Position numbers and translations under genes: made by a program. The notes under the pieces are model-generated. The model was not told where the DNA came from, did not search any database, and saw only the letters and a list, made by a program, of their open reading frames with translations. From Octopus vulgaris (Eukaryota), in contig OX597829.1 in the NCBI GenBank assembly GCA_951406725.2, positions 34,224,001 through 34,288,000 on the forward strand: a stretch of DNA of 64,000 bases, written 5' to 3'. Each line of letters opens with the position of its first letter. Position 1 is the first letter of the stretch. Positions 52,409 to 64,000 of this stretch are shown here, piece by piece.

Positions 52409-53085
52409 CACTAACAGCTAAGCCCGGTTTCACCCACTTGGTTTGGATGATGTGGCTGTTGTAAAACCTGCTCTGGTTAAGTATTCGACTTGTTTGGGCA
52501 TGTTTACATTAAAAAGCGATTTTAGAATGACTTTTTTCTGTGAAAACACTAAAAATAACTGACCAAGAAAAAATATAGCCAAGATTTCAATCAAAGCAAA
52601 AATAAACCCAAATAGTAAGCAAACAAAGATGAACCATCCTATTTCCATTGCGCATGCACATGCAGACATACACACAAACACGCACACACACACATGCACA
52701 CACACACACATGCATGTACTCACATTCACCCCCACCCCCGCCTTTTACATACACACACATATATACACACAGAGCTGAAACACTGATTTATGTTTTCAGC
52801 GTACAGTTTTCATCATCCCACTTCCCCTTCCTTCCTTATTCATCTATCACCCCTTCCTTTCTAATTTATAAACACAAGAGTGTTATTATAGTAGATTATC
52901 TCGGTAACCATGGGAGCTATGAAAAAAATACAAAGTTCAGCATCACCACTGGATCATTCTACACATCTGTGTAATTTTTCATGCAATTGCACCCAGCCAT
53001 CTGACTGTGAATCCCAAGACAAGGAAGAATCGCCCATGTCAAATTTATATGTATAGATATATATTTATGTATATATGTGTATATA

Positions 53086-53138
<53 letters not shown>

Positions 53139-53185
53139 GTATGTGTATATATTTATATGTATATATATATATGTGTGTATATATT

Positions 53186-53985
53186 ATTATCATCATCATC
53201 TGCTTTCCATGGTGGCATGGGTTGGACGGTTTGACTGAGGGCTGGCGAGCCAGAAGGCTGCACCAGTCTCCAGTCCGATGTGGTGATGATTTTACAGCTT
53301 GATGCCCTTCATGTAGTGAAGGACAGTGTGGGAGGTTGGTTGGGGGAGGGGGAAGGAAGAGCAATGTGGAACCAAAAGGATTTTTTTTCTGGGCTAGTCT
53401 GTTATAGTTCAGTGGTTTTTGGGACTGGCCTTAGAGCTCAGAATGTTGTGTGTGTGTCTCTGTGAAAGTCTATGTGTGTGTGTATATACATATACTTGTG
53501 ATTGAGCATGTGGGCCGGTTTTGATTGGTCCCAGAGTTTGTGTGTGTGTGTTTTATGTCTGTATTGTTTTATCTTTGGTAGTTTGATGCCCTTTATGTAG
53601 CCCGAAAATGTAGTGAGTGCTTTTTACGTACCACCTGCATGTGGGACAGTCAAGTGGCAATGGCAAGACCACACCCAAATGGTGCTTTTTACGTACCAAC
53701 GGCATGGGTGCCAGTCAGGTCGTACAATGACTTCACTTGCCTCAACAGGTCTTCGCAAATGCAGTTTATTGCCCAATTATTGAAGGGTGCTCTTAAATAG
53801 GTTCTCTCAAGCACAGCATATCTCCAAAAGTCTAGGTCACTTGTCATCGCCTCAGTGAGGCCCAACTTTCGAAGGCTGTGCTTCACTACCTCATCCCCGG
53901 TCTCCTTAGGTCTACCTCTTCCGAAGGTTCATTCTACTGCTGGTGTGTAACACTTTTTCACCCAGCTGTTCTCATCCATTTGCAG
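53186..53985 (-). mobile_element. RTE 3' fragment interrupted by an inverted copy of its flank
   Basis: (CAT)n at 53190; 53321-53487 is the reverse complement of 53989-54159; 18-bp repeat at 53299-53316 / 53583-53600. Confidence 0.8.
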
Positions 53986-54300
53986 CACATATATACACAC
54001 ACATAGACTTTCACAGAGACACACACACACACACCATTCTGAGCTCTAAGGCCAGTCCCAAAAACCACTGAACCATAACAGACTAGCCCAGAAAAAAAAT
54101 CCTTTTGGTTCCACATTGCTCTTCCTTCCCCCTCCCCCAACCAACCTCCCACACTGTCCCTTAAAATAGCCAACATTCCTTAGCTACACAAAAGATAGAA
54201 AATGTCTGAAAGATAGGTCAGTTACACTCCAATATTTTGTAAATTCTTAAATATATCTCCTTCTGTGTGTGTGTATATATATATATATATATACTACAAA

Positions 54301-54528
54301 GGCGGCGAGCTGGCAGAAACGTTAGCACGCCGGGCGAAATGCGTAGCCGTATTTCGTCTGCCGCTACGTTCTGAGTTCAAATTCCGCCGAGGTCGACTTT
54401 GCCTTTCATCCTTTCGGGGTCGATAAATTAAGTACCAGTTACGCACTGGGATCGATGTAATCGATTTAATCCGTTTGTCTGTCTTTGTTTGTCCCCTCTG
54501 TGTTTAGCCCCTTGTGGGTAGTAAAGAA
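54301..54528 (+). mobile_element. Young SINE (family C)
   Basis: GGCGGCGAGCTGGCAGAA..GAGTTCAAATTCC; core GTCGACTTTGCCTTTCATCCTTTCGGGGTCGATAAATTAAGTACCAG; TSD (AT)nACTACAAA on both sides; CpGs intact. Confidence 0.88.
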
Positions 54529-55136
54529 ATATATATATATACTACAAAATAAACATGATTTTTATTGCACTCATAATATTTTTGCTGAATACTTTCTTAA
54601 ATACTTTCTTGTAAACTGTTTTTAATATTTTCTTATTATAATCAAAGAATGTATAACTGAATTTTAATACTTTTGTGATAACCAGTACTTAATACAACAA
54701 AGTTTATGCAAAGCTTTACATTTTACTTTTGACAATCCTTTTCTAACAAAGTGAAACCGTTCAAGTCAATAAACATCTTTAAAATTGCATTTTTAAACAT
54801 TCTTTCATTTGTATGTGTGAGTGTGTGTGTGTGTGTGTGTGTGGATGGATGGATGAATGCATGCATGTATATATGTATGCATGTATATATGTATGTATAT
54901 ATATATATATGTGTGTGTATATATATGTGTCTATATATGTGTGTGTGTGTATATGTATATTTATATGTATACATATATATATATATATATGTATATTTAT
55001 ATATATATATATTTATATGTATACATATATGTATATTTATATGTATATTTATATATATATATATATTTATATGTATACATATATGTATATTTATATGTAT
55101 ACATACATATATATATATTTATATGTATACATACAT

Positions 55137-55465
55137 ATCATCATCATCATCATCATCATCGTTTAGCGTCCGCTTTCCATGCTAGCATGGGTTGGACGGT
55201 TCTACTGGGGTCTGTGAAGCCAGAAGGCTTCATCAGGCCCAGTCAAATCTGGCAGTGTTTCTACGGCTGGATGCCCTTCCTAACGCCAACCACTCCGTGA
55301 GTGTAGTGGGTGCTTTTTACGTGCCACCCGCACAGGTGCCAGACAGAGCTGGCAAACGGCCACGAACGGAAGGTGCTTTTTATGTGCCACCGGCACGAGG
55401 GCCAGGCGAGGCTGGCAACGGACACGAAACGGGGCGGTGCTGGCAACGGACGCGAAACGGAAGGT
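55137..55465 (-). mobile_element. Young RTE 3' end
   Basis: (CAT)n 55137-55160; conserved 3' motif and UTR repeats. Confidence 0.88.
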
Positions 55466-55540
55466 TCTATATATATTTATATGTATATATATATATATAT
55501 TTATATGTATATATATATATATATTTATATGTATATATAT

Positions 55541-55881
55541 CTGGGGGGGACCCCCTTCGGTCACGACACTGACCATGGGATTGCACCTAGAAAGTTACCC
55601 TCCTAGTCACAAGTCTGGGCAAGGTGGTTTTATGGAAGACCAGCAGTCGCCCATGCATACCGGCCTCCCCTCTCCACGCCACCAGTGTTATCCAAGGGAA
55701 AGACAAAGGTCGATACAGCTTGGCACCCGTGACGTCACAACTCATTTCTACAGCTGAGTGAACTGGAGCAACGTGAAATAAAGTGTCTTGCTCAAGAACC
55801 CAACACGCAGCCCGGTCCGGGATTCGAGCTCACAACCTCACGATCGTAAACTCGACGCTCTAACCACTGAGCCATGCGCCT
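55541..55881 (-). mobile_element. tRNA-derived SINE (family D, Meta-like core)
   Basis: Head AGGCGCATGGCTCAGTGGTTAGAGCG..GAGCTCGAATCCC; core CTTGAGCAAGACACTT..CTCCAGTTCACTCAGCTGTAGAAATG. Confidence 0.8.
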
Positions 55882-55947
55882 TCACACATATATATGTATA
55901 TTTATATGTATACATATATATATATTTATATGTATACATACATATGT

Positions 55948-56160
55948 TACTCTTTTACTCTTTTACTTGTTTCAGTCATTTGACTGCGGCCATGCTGGAG
56001 CACCGCCTTTAGTCGAGCAAATCGACCCCGGGACTTATTCTTTGTAAGCCCAGTACTTATTCTATTGGTCTCTTTTGCCGAACCGCTAAGTGACGGGGAC
56101 GTAAACACACACCAGCATCAGTTGTCAAGCAATGCTAGGGGGACAAACACAGACACACAA

Positions 56161-56191
<31 letters not shown>

Positions 56192-56357
56192 CATATATAC
56201 GACAGGCTTCTTTCAGTTTCCGTCTATCAAATCCACTCACAAGGCATTGGTCGGCCCGGGGCTATAGCAGAAGACACTTGCCCAAGATGCCACGCAGTAG
56301 GATTGAACCCAGAACCATGTGGTTGGTTAGCAAGCTACTTACCACACAGCCACTCCT
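55948..56357 (-). mobile_element. tRNA-derived SINE (family A)
   Basis: Near-identical to 18771-19189. Confidence 0.9.
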
Positions 56358-56869
56358 ATGTATATATATATATATATGTATGCATATATGTATACATATA
56401 TATAAATATATATATATGTATGTATGCATATATGTATACATATATATAAATATATATATATATATGTATGTATGTATACATATATATATGTATGTATATA
56501 TGTATACATATATATATATGTATGTATATATGTATACATACATATATATATGTATACATATATACATATGTATATATATATATATATGTATACATATATA
56601 CATATATATATATGTATACATATATACATATATATATATATATGTATACATATATACATATATGTATATATATGTATACATATATACATATATGTATATA
56701 TATGTATACATATATATATGTGTATATATATACATATGTATATATATACACATATATAAGTATACACATATATATATATATACTTAAAAGTGAGATTGCA
56801 GCCATCGTTGATGCCAGTGTTGTCATTCGATTTAAAAGTACCCTTGATGCATTGGGTGATATGATACGC

Positions 56870-57255
56870 TTGAGAAGACCTGTTGAGTCAAGTAAAACCA
56901 ATATCATGGCTGTAAAATGCACCATCCGAATGTGGTCGATGCTAGTGCTCCCTGACTAGCTCCCATGCTGGTGGTATGTAAAAAGCACCATCTGAATGTG
57001 GCTAATACCAGTGCACATAAAAAGCACTCTCTGAACGTGATCGATGCTAGGCCTGTCTGACTGGCTCCTGTGCTGGTGGCATGTACAAAGCACCCACTAC
57101 ACTCTTGGAGTGGTTGGCATTAGGAAGGGCATCCAGCTGTAGCAAGACTGCCAGATCAGATTGGAACCTGGTGCAGCTACTGGCATTCCAGACCTCAGTC
57201 AAACCACACAACCGATGCCAGCATGAAAAATGGATGTTAAATAATGATGATGATG
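56870..57255 (+). mobile_element. RTE 3'UTR and tail
   Basis: GAAGACCTGTTGAG..UTR repeats..GGAAGGGCATCCAGCTGTAG..(GAT)n. Confidence 0.8.
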
Positions 57256-57659
57256 TTGAAGAATGAAATGATGGAGTATTAAATGTTCATTCTGATTGAA
57301 CTAGTACTTTCATGCCTTAAACTATGCAATCTTCAGGTTCATGTAGTAGTGGTAAGAATTGTTTTACAATTTACAACTGTGGTGAAATGGTTTAACTGTG
57401 TGCCTTAAATACATTTGTATAGGCTCCAGAATGTTAATTTTTGCAAACTGTATTCTGACCAATCAGTGTGTGATTTTACTAAATTACTTAAGTTGATTGG
57501 TGTTTGGTTTAGGTATCACGGTTTGTTGAACATGTCAAGAGACCTGTATTTTACCCTTGGCCAAAGCAGTAATTGTCGGGCTATGTTTAGAAATTTTGTA
57601 AACGTATCTCTGAGATTTTTACATTTCAGTTATCATCATCATAATTATCATCACCTTTA

Positions 57660-58900
57660 TTATTCAGTTGTATATTTAAGAGATGAGGAATTATGTACAT
57701 TATTTACAACTGACGGATATTTGTCCTCATCTTGTTTGTTAACACAACTTTTTGGCTGATATGCCCTCCATATTATTGTCCTCCATATGCCCTTCATATT
57801 ATTATTATTGTCGGCGATGTTGTAGGTGGTGGTAGTGGTAGGAGTAGCTGTGGTAATAGAACTTTAAACCCCAAAATAAGATAATTTTTACTGACCTTTC
57901 TCTTGACTTAGCTAGTATTTACCTGCTATCATTATAATGAGCACCTTTAGTATTGTTGTTGGTAGTGGTAGTGGTCATAGCAGTGGAAATAGTACCTCTA
58001 AGTATTAGTATTATTGTTTGTTCAGCTTAGGTTGGAATTTATTAATAAAGTTCTTTTCTCTGATTTTTCTTTCAAATTCACTTGGACTGTATAGCTTATA
58101 GACTGGAAATATAAATAATTTTCGACCGCATGTTGGTAGGTGATTACTCAAAGGTATCTGATGGATATCTGGGTCTCTAATTTGCTGTAGGTGCACATGT
58201 GAAGGTTCTGATAGTGCATTTCCAGTCTGACCTACACATAGTTCTTCACAGTGTGGGCATTTGACTTAATAAACTAAATTTCTGTTTTTGCAGTTCATAT
58301 TTGTGTTTGTGAATATTTTTCTGGTTTTTGTATTTATATATAGGCTGGTTTGTATGAATTGACATGTGCCACATTGGCTATCATTGCATTTAGATACAGT
58401 GACTGATTGGTCTTTATTGCTAAGGTCAAACTTTGCCTGTGTTGGGAATTTTTAAAAGATTTTATGCTGTCTTTTACTAATAGCCATAGCTCTATCTGTG
58501 ATTATATCTTTTAATTCATTACTTTGAGCAATGATTGGCAGGTTTGCTTTGGCAATGTTGAAAATATTCTGGAGATATGGGTTGTGTGTCACTATAAATG
58601 GTATGATTTGTTCCAATTTTCCTTTCCATTGGTTTGTTCTCAGTTGTTGTATGGGTATTTTTATAGCCTGCTGTATACCATTTTCTATAAGTAGAAACGG
58701 GTATTTTTGTTTAAGCAGACATTCTCCTAGTTCTGTTAGGTGTTTGTTCCTGATATTTGCATCTTCTACAGTGGTACAAATTCTGGCTAGGTAGTATGGG
58801 ATGTTGTGTTTTGTATGTGGTGGATGGCATGGCTTAAAATTCAGGAATTTATGTGTTTCCATGTGTTTGTTGCATCTGTGGTAATGGTGGTGTCCTTTTT
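57660..58900 (-). pseudogene. Penelope-like C-terminus (thumb, GIY-YIG) and possible pLTR fragment
   Basis: FLNFKPCHPPHTKHNIPY.LARIC; CPHCEELCVGQTG; HL..C...FP.YK..RKIREKNFINKFQPKLN*. Confidence 0.75.
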
Positions 58901-59659
58901 AATCACCTATTATGTGTATATGATATATGTATATAATATGAATATATATGTATATATATATGTATAGGTATAAATATGTATATACATGTATATGTATGTA
59001 TATATGTATACAAGCAAAACGCCTACCCCCGCCCCCGTCCAATGGAAGGTGCTGAATCATATCTGCTGAATAAAAAGCAATCAGTGTTTTCTTTTCATTA
59101 AAAAAATAATTAAGCATGCCTTTATTTCAATAAAATTTTTGGTTTTGTTAAACGAAGTTAAGGCAAAAAAAAAAACTTCTTGAGAAACAAAATAGTCTTT
59201 CCTTCCTTCAAGCCAAGTTTGAAGAAAATATCTCTTTTACATCCTATTTTTTTGGTCTCTTAAATATATTGCATTTTGTGGCATTATTTCAAGCCAGCTG
59301 GCTTTTTTTGTGCAAACTGCATGTACATTTTTCTCACGTATGTGTAGTATCGATCGCAACAGCTGATGTACTTGTGCGTACAAATACACGTTCCCACGCC
59401 TTTATTGATCGCATTCTCACCTGGAATCGATTTTTGTAATTTTTTCAAGATTTATACATGCCATGATACTGTCGGTATCTATATATCAACTTTGAGCGCA
59501 ATCAGATGGAGGAAGCCCGAGATCCTAGAAGACACACACTCAGACAGAACAGATTTTATATAATAGTTGTATATAAATGTACATGTACATATATACATAC
59601 ATGTGTATATATATGTATGTGTATGTATATGTATGTATATGTTTGTATGTATATGTATA

Positions 59660-59770
<111 letters not shown>

Positions 59771-59777
59771 ATATATA

Positions 59778-59836
<59 letters not shown>

Positions 59837-59853
59837 GTATGTATATGTATATA

Positions 59854-61222
59854 CTAGCTGGTGTACTCTGTAATTCCCGGGAGTAAAGATGTTGTATTGA
59901 ATGGCTTTCTTACACTGATATAAGAAAGCAATTTCATTAAAACTGCCACAAAAGGTGTATTTTCCGCCGCTAAAAAGTGCAAAAAACCGTCAGATGGAGG
60001 AGAGAGAGATTGTATGTATATAAATATATGTAGTGTTTGAAGAAAGTGCAATAATAACATTCACACTCACTGATGGTCGCTCTCAGTAACTGCCTTTAGC
60101 TTATGGAGTTCTTGTTTTTATAATTATCGAAAAGCAGCCAGAAAGATAGATATTGTTGAGAACAAATGATTTTGTTGGAGGTCTGTTATACCCATCCCAG
60201 TCCTTGGTGGCCTAGAAGAGGTTAGAAGGGTCAAGTGGCAAAGACATTGTTCTGCTTAGCGAAGTCATCTGGGAAATGTATAACTATAGCTGCTGTCATT
60301 CACAGAAAAACTATTGTTTTACTGTGAGAAAAGCACTGTTGAAGTGTTAAGGGAAATTTGGCAATCGAGGATTGAATGCATGCTATACCTGCATGAAGCC
60401 TCTACAAATATGTTGTGAAATAAAATAATTTATCTACTGTCATGGAAAAAGTGTAACTGTAAAAATACAGAATTATGGGAGTAATGGGCATTCAAGAAAG
60501 TATGTATGTATAGAAATGTATGAATGAAGTCTTTAAGGTTTAAGATTCAAATTGAGGAAGTGTAATAATAATGTTTAGCAGTTTAAAACTGTGAGTAGTG
60601 AAATGCAGAATTACGTCAGCTGATCGTGAGAATAAACTATTGATCACCTTGCTAAAAACCGCAGGTGGTATGGGTTATTTCCCTTGGGTTGTTTAAATAA
60701 AATATTAGTAATATGAAGTAGATAGAAGAATCTATTGGAGGGGCTCTATTATCTAATGACATGGAAAAAATGTAACTGTATAAATGCAGAATTATCGGAG
60801 TAATGGGCATTCCAAAAAGTATGTATGTATAGAAATATCTGAATGAGGAGATTCAAATTAAGGGTTAGGGCAATAATGATGTTTAGCAGTTCAAAACTCT
60901 TAGTAGTGAAATTAGGTTGGCTGATTATTAGTTCAAAGTAATTGAACATAAACAATGAAATGGGTTATTTCCCTTGAGTGTTTAAAAAATATTCTGTAAG
61001 TGGTATGACTTATTTCCCTTGGGTGTTTAAAAAAAGAATAGAGATGTAAAGGTCCCTTCCTTTGGCCATATTATCAATTTGTTCAACAATCTAAGTATGC
61101 CACGAGGTTTCCAGACATTAGTTTACTCACATGTCAAGTTTCATCAAAATCAATATAACGATGTAGGAAGAGCTAGTTAACAAAGCCACAAAGACATACC
61201 GATTTTCGACACATGTAGTAGA
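59854..61222 (-). mobile_element. Non-autonomous Helitron with internal ~170-bp direct repeat
   Basis: A|TC start at 61222, CTAG|T end at 59854 with hairpin TACTCTG..CGGGAGTA; AAGTTTCATCAAAATC motif shared with 743-1114; repeat 60429-60605 / 60749-60912. Confidence 0.65.
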
Positions 61223-61258
61223 TGTATATATATATGTGTATATATATATATATGTATA

Positions 61259-61317
<59 letters not shown>

Positions 61318-61377
61318 GTATGTATGTATGTCTATATGTATATATTTATGTATGTATATATGTATGTATGTATATAT

Positions 61378-62449
61378 TGTTACGGACGCAAGGAAAATGT
61401 AAATGAACAAAAAAACATTATGCCCCTTGTTCCATTAGTTGGAATCGAACTGGCACTCCAGTTGTTCAGGATAATGGTATTTCCTTTGTCCTGTTAAAGA
61501 GCACAGTTATTAATGGCCTTAGACAGTGAACTATGGCCCCGCACAGTCACGGAATGTTTTAAAAAAAAAAAATGTTGCGGAGGGATCTACACACTGCTGT
61601 CATCGATATTTCTCTCCTTCTAGCTGCTACCCATTATAAATATGGATAGCATTAAGTTAAGGAGTCAGTGAGTGGGAGAGAGACAGAATGAGTGGCAGCC
61701 AAGATGACAGTGGCAGACTGACAGACAGAGAGACCAGCAGCAGGCAAGTTGTCGTAGTAGGTGTTTGTGAAGAAAAATATTGTTGCAGATGTGAGTTAAG
61801 AAACAAATGTTCTGGTAGTGTTGTTGTCTGTATGTTTTGAATTCTAATGTTTAAATGTAAATGTCTAAAAAAGAAGAAAAGAGACTATGTGCCGTTGAAA
61901 TGAAAAAAAGAGAGAGGCTCTGACGTAACCGTTGGCTGTTTTTAAAAGAAAAGAAAAGAAAAGGAAGAAAAAAAGAACTTGGAAATGTTTTTAAAAGGAG
62001 AAGGCACCTTTTTGAGAACTGTTGTGTTAAAAAAAAACAGAGGAAAGTGAAGCTCTAAGAGACTGTTGATTGTGAACTTTGTGTTAAAAGTAAAATGATT
62101 TGTCTTGAAAAAAAAAATCAAACTGTATTGTGTCAAATGTTAAATGATTTGTTTTTCGAACGCTGTATTATGTTTAAATGCAAATGATTTGTTCTTTGAA
62201 CTCTGTACATGATCTGTTAACCTTTGTTGTGAATGCTTTGGTTTTGTTTTGAAAAAAAATTGTTTGAATTATGCAACCCTCCTCTTTTGTTGTTGTTGTG
62301 TTGGTTCCTGGCTCCGTTCGCCGCCTTCCCCCCTTCCCATGGTGGATTTCCGGTTAACTGAGTGCTGTCGCTGACACAAGCGGGTGTTCCCGGCATCAGG
62401 GCCATGTGGTGGCATCGGAAGACCTAGGGCTTGTGCGTGCGGCGTAACA
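61378..62449 (+). mobile_element. Solo LTR (Gypsy-type), 1072 bp
   Basis: TGTTACG...CGTAACA termini, ATAT TSD inside a microsatellite, internal TATAAATA ~61635. Confidence 0.7.
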
Positions 62450-62592
62450 ATATGTATGTATATATATGTGTATGTATATATGTATGTATGTATATATATA
62501 TGTATGTATATATATATATGTATGTATATATGTGTGAATGTATATATGTATGTATATATGTGTGAATGTATATATATATATATATATATATA

Positions 62593-63040
62593 TCTTATTA
62601 TAAAAGGCAGATTTTATCTGCCTCCCTTTCGGAGTTATACAAATCTACAATATAGGATTTCTTCAATTACAATTTACCTAGCATTTTTAAGAGTAGAATG
62701 CATCGGGTCATGCCAGGTCCAGTTTTTAAAATTTAAACTCCAATTAAGCAAAATTTACAGAAAACTCACATTCTGGTGTGTGTGTCAAATGCTCTTCTTA
62801 GTCTGGTTTACACCACACGCAAACGCACACACACAGTGGGCAACGAATAAAGTGAAACTAGATGTAATATTTGTTTCTGTCTATTACGCTGATAGATACA
62901 TGAGTAAAATGTATGGGAAGCTAAGACATAAGTGTGAGTGAAAATGTTCTTGGAAGAGAGTAAATTAGCGACAGAGTGATTTGAGGAAGACTTTACATTA
63001 AATAACCGTAGTGGCTTGTGTTAGTAATAAAGTAAACATA
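62593..63040 (+). mobile_element. Helitron 5' portion (3' end not found)
   Basis: TCTTATTATAAAAGGCAGATTTTATCTGCCTCCC; near-identical to rc of 46340-46578. Confidence 0.75.
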
Positions 63041-63185
63041 CACTCATACATACATACATACATACATGCATACATACATACATACATACATACACACACA
63101 TACACACACACATACATACATACACACACACACACATACATACATATATACATACATACATATACATACATACATATACATACAT

Positions 63186-63222
<37 letters not shown>

Positions 63223-63353
63223 GTATTGAAGCTTGAGAACAATCAGATACATTTGCAACACATCTGTTGAAAATATTATTGTTCACACATATACATATAT
63301 ACATACAGACAGACAGACAGATAGACACACACACACACACACACACACATGAT

Positions 63354-63400
63354 CCAGCATGGCCACAACCTCAAGGCTGAAACATATAAAAGAATAACAG
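63354..63400 (+). mobile_element. Isolated CR1/SINE 3' tail
   Basis: CCAGCATGGCCACAACCTCAAGGCTGAAACATATAAAAGAATAA. Confidence 0.65.
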
Positions 63401-63469
63401 AATATAAATGTGTGCATGTGTGTGTGAGAGAGAGTGTGTGTGTATATGTATGTATGTATGTATGTATAT

Positions 63470-64000
63470 ATATATAATAATGCGGTTTTTTCAACAGCTT
63501 GAACTAAAAGTCAGAGGGGAATGGGATAAACTACTTATATTAACTTGCTATAAAAGCAGGTAGTAATTTTATCTTGTCCTTATTCATAGTGCAAGTTTTG
63601 AAGAGTGCATTTCGATTTTAACAGCTATTTTTTTCAAAGCTATGTTGGAAGTAACAAAGGAGCATATTTTGCTTTATGAGTTCAATAAAGACAACAACGC
63701 AACGGAAAGTACAAGAAATATTAATGCAGTATATGGGGATTGGACAATAAGCGTAAGGCAGTGTCAATGGTGGTTCCAGAAATTCCGAGCCATAAACTAC
63801 AGCCTAGAAGACGAGCCTCATCCTGAAAGATCTGTAGAACTCGACAAGGACATCCTGAAAACCCTGGTGGAACAAAATCTCATCGTAACTGTTGAGGAAC
63901 TAGCAGAGAAGCTTGGATTTGGTCATTCAACCATTCATTGAGACCTGTGTGCTATCGGAAAAGTCAGCAAATTGGGTCAATGGGTTCCTCACGAACTTTC
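63470..64000 (+). pseudogene. Mariner transposase N-terminus (HTH domains), cut by window edge
   Basis: ORF 63642-63941 LLYEFNK.NNATES.RNINAVYG..WFQKFR..SLEDEP; in-frame stop, then GKVSKLGQWVPHEL. Confidence 0.9.

Noticed and set aside
52430-52560. Minus-strand peptide KKVILKSLFNVNMPKQVEYLTRAGF
   Set aside because: Weak donor, stop immediately after, no partner exons identified.
59005-59567. Additional Helitron-like non-autonomous element
   Set aside because: One end resembles Helitron 5' termini but no clear CTAG or hairpin could be read.

Overview
AT-rich, repeat-saturated eukaryotic DNA. The SINE/RTE repertoire and long (AT)n/(ATGT)n tracts suggest a coleoid cephalopod, probably Octopus (inference). 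Most of the window is transposon debris and microsatellite: RTE LINEs and many (GAT)n-tailed 3' ends, CR1-group and R4/Dong-like LINEs, Penelope-like GIY-YIG/RT fragments, Ty3/Gypsy fragments and two solo LTRs, Helitrons (one with a Pif1 helicase remnant), mariner, hAT and piggyBac remnants, and four tRNA-derived SINE families. The only host-gene evidence is a promoter-like motif cluster at ~28.2 kb and a few candidate short exons. Main signals: (1) a 351-bp, terminally redundant, TSD-flanked element with a hammerhead-ribozyme motif inside a long hairpin, resembling a retrozyme (12.7-13.1 kb); (2) an RTE family with a PHD finger inside its reverse transcriptase; (3) four RTE insertions with template-switch signatures: two 5' inversions, one capture of neighbouring Helitron DNA and one inverted copy of flanking DNA; (4) a SINE/CR1 shared 3' tail whose hairpin covaries; (5) a 36-bp-arm hairpin and a MITE with telomere-like repeats next to the promoter. 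All calls were made by eye, and boundaries of decayed elements are approximate.
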